From: a virus
Lineage: Duplodnaviria > Heunggongvirae > Uroviricota > Caudoviricetes > Crassvirales
Length of the DNA stretch: 64,000 bases
IMG/VR virus record: IMGVR_UViG_3300046331_000154
Reading direction: 5' to 3' (one strand)
Position numbers and translations under genes: made by a program. The notes under the pieces were generated by a model, which did not search any database, was not told the DNA's origin, and saw only the letters and a list, made by a program, of their open reading frames with translations. Positions 1 to 10,700 of the stretch are shown in pieces (position 1 is the stretch's first letter; every line of letters starts with the position of its first letter).

Positions 1-456
1 ACGGAAGAAAATTTAGAAGAATATATAACATCTAAAAACTCTAACGAACTTAATGATGAATTATATAAATCATTAGATACAATGTTAAAATCTAAAGATG
101 CAACTACAATAGAATTAGGTATTAAAATGTTAAACAATTTTGATATTAAAAAATATGCATTACAAGTTGGTAGTTTATTGAGATTAAATTCTAGTCATAT
201 TACATACAATAAAGCTTTAACAACTGTTGGTTTTAAAAATGTATTATCACAATTAAATACTGATTGGAATAGTTTGAGTAATTCTGATAATTTAGTGTAT
301 TATGATAAATTGTACCGTTCTTCTTCTACAAATGAAGATAAATTACAAATTAAAGATTATTACAAGAAAGAAGTTAAACATAGAGTGCAAATGACTTATG
401 ATAGTTGTATTCAAAATAAATCTATACCAAGCGAATTAATATTAGAAGTTAATTAA
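1..456 (+). CDS. hypothetical protein, 5'-truncated at the window edge
   Basis: The reading frame is open from base 1 with no upstream stop. The ATG at 82 is internal. The frame ends at 456 and is followed by a strong terminator. Confidence 0.5.
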   Translation, partial: TEENLEEYITSKNSNELNDELYKSLDTMLKSKDATTIELGIKMLNNFDIKKYALQVGSLLRLNSSHITYNKALTTVGFKNVLSQLNTDWNSLSNSDNLVYYDKLYRSSSTNEDKLQIKDYYKKEVKHRVQMTYDSCIQNKSIPSELILEVN

Positions 457-459
457 AAT

Positions 460-501
460 AAAAAATCCCTATATACTTAATTGTATATAGGGATTTTTTT
501 T
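460..501. terminator. bidirectional rho-independent terminator between convergent genes
   Basis: A perfect 12-bp stem (atccctatatac / gtatatagggat) is preceded by an A-run and followed by T7. It sits between the + ORF ending at 456 and the - ORF ending at 510. Confidence 0.7.
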
Positions 502-509
502 GACTTTTA

Positions 510-3500
510 TTATCTATTACTCCAACCGTATTGCTCTTTAGGGGTTGTGTCTAAAAGATGACCATAACCTGGAATTAAATATTTAATCATTTTAGAAGAA
601 GCTTTTGTTATTTTTTCATTTCTATCTTCAGCTAAAGGATTAACATAATTACTTAATGCAGCAATAACATCGGTACTACTCTCTATAAATTTTAACGAAC
701 TAATAGGATTTTTAAGTACTCTCCAAGCTTCACGTGGATCTATAAATTGTTGAGCATCAGATTGATTTCTTCTTGTAATTGCGGCAATATACCAAAAAAC
801 ATCATTATCGTCATCATCTGAAGCTGCACCAGCGGCAAGTAATGCTAAATTTGCCATTACCATAATATATGCTAATTCTGTAAAAGTTCTAACAATATTA
901 CCTTTTTCCCACTCATCCATTTCATTAAAATCTTTAACAATTAATGAAAATTGTAATTTTGCAAGTTTAGGTGCCACACTACGTGTTAAAAATCTCAACC
1001 ATGTAACATAATTTCCTTCATCGGGTCTTAATAAATCTGATTCAAAATTTAAAATAACATCTTCTGGTTTTGAAAAAGCATTTGTACCAAGTCCTCTAAA
1101 TCTACGTAATCCTGGAGATATAATGTGTTTCTTGAAATGTGCCACAGCTTTACCTAAAGTATGACGTTGTAATTCAGATTGATATTCTGTACTATACTGA
1201 CCTTGTGATTTAATTAACGATGATTGAATATAAGATCTTAATGTTGAATTACCACCTTTATTATATTCTGTCATTCTGTCAATTGTAGTGTAAAATGGTG
1301 TTTTAATAGATGTTGTTAATTTACCATTTTCCAATACTGAAATATCTAATATACTTGCAGCGTTTTCTTTAGTTGTAACGTTACCGTTTTTATCTAAATA
1401 ATTACCTTTTTCATCTAATATTTTAGCACCATCTAATATTGTCATTGTGTGAATAGATTGAATCCAATGTTCACCACCTTCTTGCATAAAAAATAAAGGT
1501 TTTGTATTAGTTAATGCTAACGCTTTATTTTTTTCAAAATTATTTTGAATTAAATCAGATGTTACTAAACCTCCAAAAGACATTAATAATTGGTTAGGTA
1601 GTGATTTATAAATATTTCTACCTACATCATCAATAGTATTACCAAGATGTTTAAAGAAGAATATTTCCGCATTTTTAATATTTTTAACACTTAAATTTGG
1701 ATCACTTATTACTTCCAATATAGATTGAACTTTACCACCTATAGCATTTGCAGGTGCTCCAACAAAATTTATAGCTTGTGAAGTTCTTGAAACAACACCT
1801 CTAATAAAACTTTCAATTTTAGCACCATCCGCATTACCAATTTTACCTAAATATGTACTTGTTTTATCGTATAAACGATTGTTCATCATTGTTTCAAGCA
1901 TTTTTATTAAATGTGCATCTTGCTTATCCACAATAACAGGAGAAGTTGTACCATCATTGTTAAAATAAGAAACAACCCGACTACCTAAACCTTGTTTTTT
2001 AATAAAACCATTTTCTTGAATAATATCGATAAATATTTTTAAATCTGTATGTACCTTAGTTTTACTTTTAAATTTAATAGATTGTTGTATTTCCATTGCA
2101 TACATTGTGGCTAAATCTGTAGATTGTTTAGATTTTGGTATTTTACCTCTAAAATGTATAGGAATATAATCTACTTCTTTACCCGATAAATCACGACGAA
2201 CAATGTGAACATTTTTATCATCTACAAAATCTTGTTCTCCTTGTGTTGTATCATCTGTTCTTAATTTAAAAGTATCTTGCCATAATTCTTTAAAAATATC
2301 TTTATTTAAGTTTTTTAAGTGTGTTATAGTTTCTTTATGATGTGATGGTAATTGATAAAAGTCTACACCTAGTGTATTTTTTTTTAGACTTTTGACACTA
2401 ATACCATAATTATCGTTAGCTTCCTTAGCTTGAGATTGTAACACAGCTAAATAATCACGTTCTTTTTGTGTTAATTTAGAAAAATCTGTTTTCCACTGTT
2501 TAGCGGGTTTTGTGATATAATAAGGATTACCGTCTTCATCAAAGTTTTTTATACTGTCTGTATTAAGTTTAAACCAATTACGCATTTTAGATTTTTTTAA
2601 TTTTAATTTATCTTCGTCAGATAAATCTTTACCAAAATCTTCAGCATTCACAGTGTTCATTAATTCATTAAAACTATCTCTAAATCCAATTTGATATTCC
2701 CCTAATAAAAATCCTTCATCATTTTTAGACCATTCAAATAAATTTTTATAATTTTCATCAGAAGACTTAATTCTACTACCATCTAAAAATATATTTGTAG
2801 CTTCTTGAAGTTCTAATAATTTAGGTTGTATTAAATTAGTATATTCATGTTTTACTTTATCTAATATTCTAGAAAATACTCTAATAATAGGATGTGTAAA
2901 ATCTTTTTCACTATTTACTGTAGCACTTAAAGAAGTAATATCTGTTAATGGTGAATCAATTAAATCAAACCATGTTTCATCAGTTTCTTTTTGAATCAAC
3001 TCTCTATTTTCAGATAATTGTTTATTTACATATTCATCAAGTGTTGCTTTAGTTAAACCTTTAGCTTTACCTTCTTGACGAAATTTTTGTTCATATTTTA
3101 ATAATACATCTTTATATTGTTCTTGAAATATTGCAGATTTTCTATTTAATTTTTTAGCAACTTTTAATAATTTTTTATCAATTATTTTAGAATTAGATAT
3201 TAATGCCTCAATTTCTTGATTTAATTTAACATGTTCTTCAGCTGTAATGATATTATTTGTTTCTAGATCTTCAACGGCATTATCTATATGTATTTGTAAT
3301 GATTTAAATGTGTTGTTGTATACTTTTACATTTTCATATTGTTGAGATGTAATATCTACATTAGCTAATATTTTATTAGAAGAATTTAATTGTTCTTCCA
3401 TAAACTTATTAAATATTTTAATACTTTCTAAACGATATTCATCACTGTCTTTAACATATTTGTCTAATAACACATCAATTTCATTTTTAACTGTTTTTAA

Positions 3501-4748
3501 TTTTGTTAAAAACGGTGAATCTTGCATTTGACTTCTATTTGCAATAACTTCTAAATCACTAAATGTTTTTTCAATACTTATGGTAATAGATTGTAAACCT
3601 TTTTTAGCAACTAATTTCTTTTGACCATAAGTATATTTAGCTTCTAATGTATCTATTCCAGTATAATTTTCATCCGTAGTATCTATAAGTCTTAATAAAT
3701 TATTTATTAATTTATTATAGGAATTATCAAGTCCAAATAAATCTCTAAAAAATGCAGTTAACACGTCCCAAAATGATTTTTTAGCATTAATTAATTGTTC
3801 AACTTCAAATTCAAATTGCTTATTACTAAACATTCCTGCAGTAAATTCTTCTAATGAAGACATTTCGTGTGGATATTTATCTTCTAATAATGGTTTTAAG
3901 CCATCATAAACTTTTTTTAAATCATTACGTAGTTTTTGTTCAGTTGCATTCTTAGGAGTCCTTAAAACACGTAATGTTCTATCGTGATATACTTCATGTA
4001 AAAACTTTTCAACACCTTCTTTAACCGATGATACATCACCAAGATTATCTACAGACATTTCGATAGTATTATCTACAGTATTATATTGCATATAAGTATC
4101 TGTAGATTTCATATCTTTAGAATCAACTAATTTAATAGTTGCTTTTGTGGATATAATCATTCTGTGAATTTGTTCAAATTCTTTAGAATTTTTATCAAAT
4201 ATTCCAGTATTTAATATGTTTGATAAAGCTTCTTTAGCTGTTATGTTACGAGGTTCACCTGCAAATATTGTATTTTTAATTTCCTCAGAGTATTCATATC
4301 TAATTTCTTCAGGTGTTTCAATTTTAGTCTTACCAAATTTATCTGTAGTTGTACGAGATACTAAATCATTTAAATTTTTTTTAGACTCAAACAAATAACT
4401 AGGATTTTCGCCCATATCTGCTCTAGAAGTATCTTCAAGTTCTAGTTGTTTAGCTTCTTCAGTTGCTTTTTTAAGTTGGACTTTTTCAATAATTCTAATA
4501 TATTGTTCATATAAAGGTTCAGATATTTTTATTTGAATAGTTCCTGGTAAATCATTATCTGTAGATTTAATATGATTAATAACTCTTTCTTTAAATTTAT
4601 CATTTAAAATTTTAATATTTTCAAAGTCAGTTTTACCAAAGTCTTTTGTAACTTCAGCAAAACCTTCTTTATTTAATTTTGTAATGTTTTTAATATCTCT
4701 ATTTACTACATTATATATTACTTCTTCTACGTCTTTTTTACACGCCAT
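510..4748 (-). CDS. giant virion-associated protein (1412 aa), possibly an ejected cargo protein
   Basis: A long ORF directly downstream of the giant RNAP gene in the same operon. Its size and position match the large cargo proteins that accompany the virion RNAP in crAss-like phages. No catalytic motif was recognised. Confidence 0.45.
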   Translation of the reverse strand: MACKKDVEEVIYNVVNRDIKNITKLNKEGFAEVTKDFGKTDFENIKILNDKFKERVINHIKSTDNDLPGTIQIKISEPLYEQYIRIIEKVQLKKATEEAKQLELEDTSRADMGENPSYLFESKKNLNDLVSRTTTDKFGKTKIETPEEIRYEYSEEIKNTIFAGEPRNITAKEALSNILNTGIFDKNSKEFEQIHRMIISTKATIKLVDSKDMKSTDTYMQYNTVDNTIEMSVDNLGDVSSVKEGVEKFLHEVYHDRTLRVLRTPKNATEQKLRNDLKKVYDGLKPLLEDKYPHEMSSLEEFTAGMFSNKQFEFEVEQLINAKKSFWDVLTAFFRDLFGLDNSYNKLINNLLRLIDTTDENYTGIDTLEAKYTYGQKKLVAKKGLQSITISIEKTFSDLEVIANRSQMQDSPFLTKLKTVKNEIDVLLDKYVKDSDEYRLESIKIFNKFMEEQLNSSNKILANVDITSQQYENVKVYNNTFKSLQIHIDNAVEDLETNNIITAEEHVKLNQEIEALISNSKIIDKKLLKVAKKLNRKSAIFQEQYKDVLLKYEQKFRQEGKAKGLTKATLDEYVNKQLSENRELIQKETDETWFDLIDSPLTDITSLSATVNSEKDFTHPIIRVFSRILDKVKHEYTNLIQPKLLELQEATNIFLDGSRIKSSDENYKNLFEWSKNDEGFLLGEYQIGFRDSFNELMNTVNAEDFGKDLSDEDKLKLKKSKMRNWFKLNTDSIKNFDEDGNPYYITKPAKQWKTDFSKLTQKERDYLAVLQSQAKEANDNYGISVKSLKKNTLGVDFYQLPSHHKETITHLKNLNKDIFKELWQDTFKLRTDDTTQGEQDFVDDKNVHIVRRDLSGKEVDYIPIHFRGKIPKSKQSTDLATMYAMEIQQSIKFKSKTKVHTDLKIFIDIIQENGFIKKQGLGSRVVSYFNNDGTTSPVIVDKQDAHLIKMLETMMNNRLYDKTSTYLGKIGNADGAKIESFIRGVVSRTSQAINFVGAPANAIGGKVQSILEVISDPNLSVKNIKNAEIFFFKHLGNTIDDVGRNIYKSLPNQLLMSFGGLVTSDLIQNNFEKNKALALTNTKPLFFMQEGGEHWIQSIHTMTILDGAKILDEKGNYLDKNGNVTTKENAASILDISVLENGKLTTSIKTPFYTTIDRMTEYNKGGNSTLRSYIQSSLIKSQGQYSTEYQSELQRHTLGKAVAHFKKHIISPGLRRFRGLGTNAFSKPEDVILNFESDLLRPDEGNYVTWLRFLTRSVAPKLAKLQFSLIVKDFNEMDEWEKGNIVRTFTELAYIMVMANLALLAAGAASDDDDNDVFWYIAAITRRNQSDAQQFIDPREAWRVLKNPISSLKFIESSTDVIAALSNYVNPLAEDRNEKITKASSKMIKYLIPGYGHLLDTTPKEQYGWSNR

Positions 4749-4760
4749 ATTTTAAATTAT

Positions 4761-7700
4761 TTAACAATTACTAGTTGTAGGTATATCTTCTAATGTACCT
4801 GGTAAATCTTTAAATAAAGATAATTGTTCAGATTTAGCTGTTGTAGAATTTTTTATTGTAGATTGAATACTTTTAGAAATAAGTCCTGTTTTATTAAAAT
4901 TTAATTCTGTAATTAATCCATATCTATTTAGTAATTCATTTTGCAACCATTCTGCAAATCTTGTTGGTATTTTAGCTAAATTTGAAGCAAATCCTTGAGG
5001 AAATATTTTATTTTCATACTTATCTATTTTAACAAATTGTTCTAAATTTACTTTTTTAAACAATTCAAAATCAGCCGCTGTATCTTGAAAATCTTGATTC
5101 CAATCTTTAGCAACTCCTGCATTTTCAGCAGCTTTAGTTAAAGCTTTTATAAAATTATTTTCTCCAACAGATTCCCAAAACTTATCACTTATTATATTGT
5201 GTGTAGATTCTTTAATATACGCTAAACCACCTCTTTCATTTATTCCTTGGACTAAATTAGGGTGTTGTTTAAGCTTTTCTGTAAGAATATCTGTCATTAT
5301 AAACAATGTATCTCCTATTTTACCTCTTCTAACTTTACCGCCTTTTAAATCATAACCTGCTTGATTAAACTCTTCAGATTTCCAAGTTTGATAAGCATGT
5401 TCAGAATTTACATATTCTTTACCTTTATAATTTAAACCTACTGTATTTCCAACATTAGTTAATTTTTTAGCAAATTCAGAACCTTTAGAAGTAATATTTT
5501 CTCCTTTCCTATCTTCTGAATATACATAATATTTTTTAGTTACTATACCTATTGCATTTGGATTATTCCTAATGATAGCACTTCCTCCACCAATTCTTGT
5601 TGAACCAATAGAATTTATATTTTCTGTAAATATATAAGCAGTATCAAGATTTTCTTTTGGCAAATCTTTAGTCCAGTTATTTTTAACTATTGTAGATTTA
5701 TTTTCAGATTTAACTTCAGTTTCAATTTCCACAACATTATCTCTTTCAAATAATAATTGTTCAATAACAAATTCATTTTCAGTTTTACCAAACTCACTAT
5801 GTGATACTGCGGTTTGAAAAGCATCTGTGTTTTTAATTGTATTTATTGACTCTACAACTTCATTTGTCATAACATTATTACCATTGAATTTAGAAGATTG
5901 TTTATTGTCACGCATTGAATATTCGTGAAATTGTCCTTGTTTAGATTTATAACCAAGTTTATGTGTTATAAAATATACAGGTTCTGAAACAGTTTCTTTA
6001 TCTTTAACAACTTCTATATAGCTATCTAATTTATATAATAAATTGTTATAAGTTACAAATTTAGGAAAGGTTTTAACTTTTTCATTTTGATTAGAATGTC
6101 TATTAGAATCATATTTCAATCTAAATCCTGCATTATTAGCATATATTCTAGGTGTATTACTACTTGTTTGCACAATATCTTCATTTTTAATAACAGGTAC
6201 TATTGTGCTATTATTCCAATTATGACGATATATTTGATCTTGTAATACTTCGGGATCTATTTTATTTTCAACAATTCTGTTATAAACATTATCAATATAA
6301 TTATTCATTCTGTTTTTTACAAATACTTCATGAGGAATAAATTGATACATTTGATTAGCATTGTATTTAAAACCAGATTGATGATAAGAATATTTAACTA
6401 AATTATCGGATAAATCAGGATTATCTTTTTCTAAATCTCTCCAAGCATCTGCTGCTTTTTCTTTAAATCCGTTAGTACTACCCTTACGACTATCTATACC
6501 TAAAAATGCAAACTCACCATCTTCTTTTATTTCAATATTTTCTAATAAAAAATTAGGTGTTTTAGTATTTCTAAATGATTCACGTGCAAGAACCATTTGT
6601 TCTACAAGATGCATTTTGTCTTTAGGTGCTTTTTTAAATAATACATCAAATTCATTATTTTTATTATCTAATGCAAATACTTTAGATTGTGATGTAATCA
6701 TTGTATAAAATGATTGTTCAAATATTTTTCCTAAATTATCATCATCTAAATATTTTTTATTTTTATGAATTTCTGCAGACATTTCGTTCATTATGTTTGA
6801 AAAATAATTACCTGCGGTTAAAAATATTCTAGGATTAGATTGTACAAGATTTGTAAAAAATGTTTCTGAATTTTTTTGATGTACACCTAATGATGTATAA
6901 CCATTATCAATTTGTTCTTTGTTATATAACATACTAATAAAACCTTGTATAACACCTTTATTTAATACATCACTTGTTTTATTACGTTGACTTAAAAACT
7001 CTGTCAATCTTTTACCAACACCTCGCTCACCATATTTAGAAGCACTTACCATTTTAGTAAATTCTTTTACTGTAGGTTTTAAATTTTCATATTCTTTTAA
7101 AGTTAAATATTGATCTAAATAATACTGTGGTGTTTTTTCACCTGTATTAATATTAACATGTGTAGCTAATTCATTTGCGCTTCTTGTAGTTATTTTATTA
7201 TTTGATAAAACACCATCAATTAGTTTTGATTGTTTTTTTTCTTCAATTACTTTTAATAAATTATCAAAATTATCTTTATTAAAATTTAAGGATTTTTGTA
7301 ATTTATCTAAATATTCTTTCTTTAAATCATCTACAACATTAGCACTATCTTTAATTTTAGATGTGATACCTTCTTTTTCAGATATTTTAGACACCATTTC
7401 AACTAATGCTGGTTGTGCTAAGAAAGCTAAAACTTTATCTGGATGTACACCTGCTCTAATTAAAAACAGTCCTGTATTTGTAGTTTGTGTGTTCCAATTA
7501 GCTTTTGTAATATAATCATCTTTTGCAATATCTACAAATGCGTTAAGAACAGCTGTTAAACTAGCACTAATTGAATATTTATTACTTTCATCATAATAAC
7601 CTTTATCAGATTTCATTTCAAAAACAGTTTGTTTATTTTCACTAGTGTTTTTAAAATTACCCCAACCAATGTAATTATCTAATGACATTTGTACATTTTG

Positions 7701-10700
7701 ATTCATTACACTATTAACTAAATTATTAGCTACTTGTCCAATACCAAAACCACCCGCAATAAAACCATATTTTAAATCAATTTGATATAATGGTGAAAAA
7801 GCTTGTAAATCATTTAAATTTTCACTTGTTGGAAATAGTTTTTTATTAATAAAATCTTTAATGTGCGGATGATCAATAGGTGTAATTAAATTAGTATAAT
7901 TATCAGGATGTGTTAATATACCATAATACATTTCAAACAATCTATTGTTTAAAGCACCTTCAGATTGTTCTGTTATTGATAAATCATTATTATAATTTTC
8001 ATATTCAACACCAACATTTGACTTTTTAAAACTTGGTAAAAATACAAACATTTTATCAACATCAAAATCTGAACCTGTTTTAGTAGTAATACCTGTATAT
8101 GCTACAACAGTATCAATATATGTATCAGGTAATATACCTACTATTTCTAAAGCATCATTAGATGACATTGCTTGATTAGGTATTCTATATCCAAGTAATT
8201 GTAATACTTCTTTAGGAAACATTCCACCTTGTCTATCAGCACCAAATAATTCGTCTAAAGAATAATCTCTCCAATTAGGAATATAATTACTTAATAAATT
8301 ACCCGATATAAATACTTGTCCAGGTAATACCGTAGGTTTATCATCAATTAATATTTTTCTAGGTTCTGCAAGTTGTTGTTTATCTTTAATCCACAATACA
8401 CCTGTTTCATCTGCTAAATTTTGGTCTAATCCATAATTAGACATTTGTATTAATGAAGTACCGTTAGTTTTTAATTTAATAGCCGCTTTATTAATAATAC
8501 TCATAATTGTAGACAACACTTTATCTCTAGCTTGTGGTATTACATAAGGTGTTAATTCTTTTTCAACAGCTTGTATTACATTTTCATCAATTTTTTCTTT
8601 ACGTAATTGATCTGCAATATCTTTAGCAAATTCACCCCAATTATTAATTACATAATCATCACCAATTTCAAACTTTTTTCTAAAGTCTTCAATAGCTCTA
8701 TTAGATTTTTCACCTATAATGGAATGTATGTTATTATAAACTTCAGCACCAGAATATGTGTTGTTATTAAATATATAATTTGTATCAAATTTAAAATTAT
8801 CAAATATATTTTTTTGTAACTGAGAACCTAATAATGTATCTTTAATACCTTTATTTGGTAAATCCTGTTGTAATTTCCAAAATCTATTATCAATAGTAAT
8901 TGCTTTTAATTCAAACGGTTTATTATTTAAAATAGCTTCTGATACATTTTCATTAGCAAATTGAGCACCTACTTTAACTCCTGATTGCATAATTGCTTCA
9001 TCAATAGGATTATTAGGATCTCTCATTTTATCTAATAATTTCTCTAATGGAGAACCTTTAACAAAAGATTTTAATAATACAGATTGAGAATATTTTAAAT
9101 ATAAAGGATTATTTTCATCATTATTGAAATAAACACCTTTTAATGGTTTTGTAGATAAGTGTTTTAATTCATCTTTAGTAAATTCTACAGTTTTACCAGA
9201 TTCCATCAATTGAATTTTATCCCAAATATCTTTTGAAATATTATCCCATTGACCCAATCTTTCTAATAAGAATTTCCATCTTTCTGGTGTAATATATGCT
9301 TGAGCATCAGCTTGATTTATTTTATTATTACCGTAGTGTTTTGTTGCAAAATCTTTTTCATCAGTAGACAATCCCATTTCATCAATGTAAGGAGAAGATG
9401 TTTCAATGTCTTGTAATACAGCAATTTTAGAAAGATGATCATTATGTTCAAGTCCTAATAATAATCCCTTACCATCAATATATGCTTTTGCAGCACGTTT
9501 GAAATAATCTACAATATTTTTATGATTATTGATAGAACCATTATATATTTTAGAATATTCTATTTGAGCAATAACGGAATTAATTGCATAATCTGATACA
9601 ATTTGTGTCATTGTACCAATAGGACCTAAATCTTTATCAAAATATAAATCATATAATTCTTTATCAAATTTACCTCTAGCACCATTTTTTTCAAATATAC
9701 CCGCCTCAATTAATTTTTTACCGTGTTCTTTAATTACTTCACTTAATGTATTTGTTAAATAAGAATTTAAAAAAGCAATTTGTTTAGGTGTTAATGTATC
9801 GTTATTAATATTTTTAATAACATCTATATCTATTGGTGAAAAATCTTCATTATAAAATAATCCAAAAGCTTCTTTATATTTACCTTGAGATAAACTTTTA
9901 GGTGATAATGATTGAATCATGTAATTTTTAAAAGCACCACCTACATATATTTTTCTATATGAATTGTCAAGATTGTTGTCAATATATCTTTGTATATCTT
10001 GAATATTAGTTCTATCTACTTTGTCTGTAAAATTTTTATCAAATATAGATTTACCACCATGTGTTAAAATATCAAATACATTACCGTTTGCATCAGTATG
10101 TAAATATTGTACAAGATTTGAAGTGTCTACTTTACCTGTTACAGCATCTGTATTATTGTCAATATGTTTTTTAGCCTCAATTGCTACAGATAATTCATCG
10201 TTAATATAACCTCTAAATATATTTAAAGTTTCATCATTAACTATAACTTTATCATCTTCACGACGAACATTAGTATTTAAAAAGAAATCTGTTTGTGTTT
10301 TTAAAGCTGTTCCTTTATCTGATGGTACGGCTGTTGGATATAATGACTTACCATTAACTTTTTTACCTAACAATGATTCAAATACATCTCTTACAATAGC
10401 ATCTCCTTTAGATGTATTTGTATTATCAACAGACCCGTCAGCTTTATCTTTTTCCATCATACTATTAGTACGATGTAATTTAACTAATTTACCTTTTTGT
10501 AATTGTTTAAGATATACAGAATGTCTACTATAAGCTAATTTTAATCTTTTTTCAACTTCTTGTGTGGAATTATTTAAAATATTAATTGTATCTGATAATT
10601 GTGACATTAGAGAATATGCCCAAATAGATTTGTTACCAGACATCACCATATTTTCAGACATCTCTGTATCAAATTTAGCAATAGCCTCTGCTATTTGAAC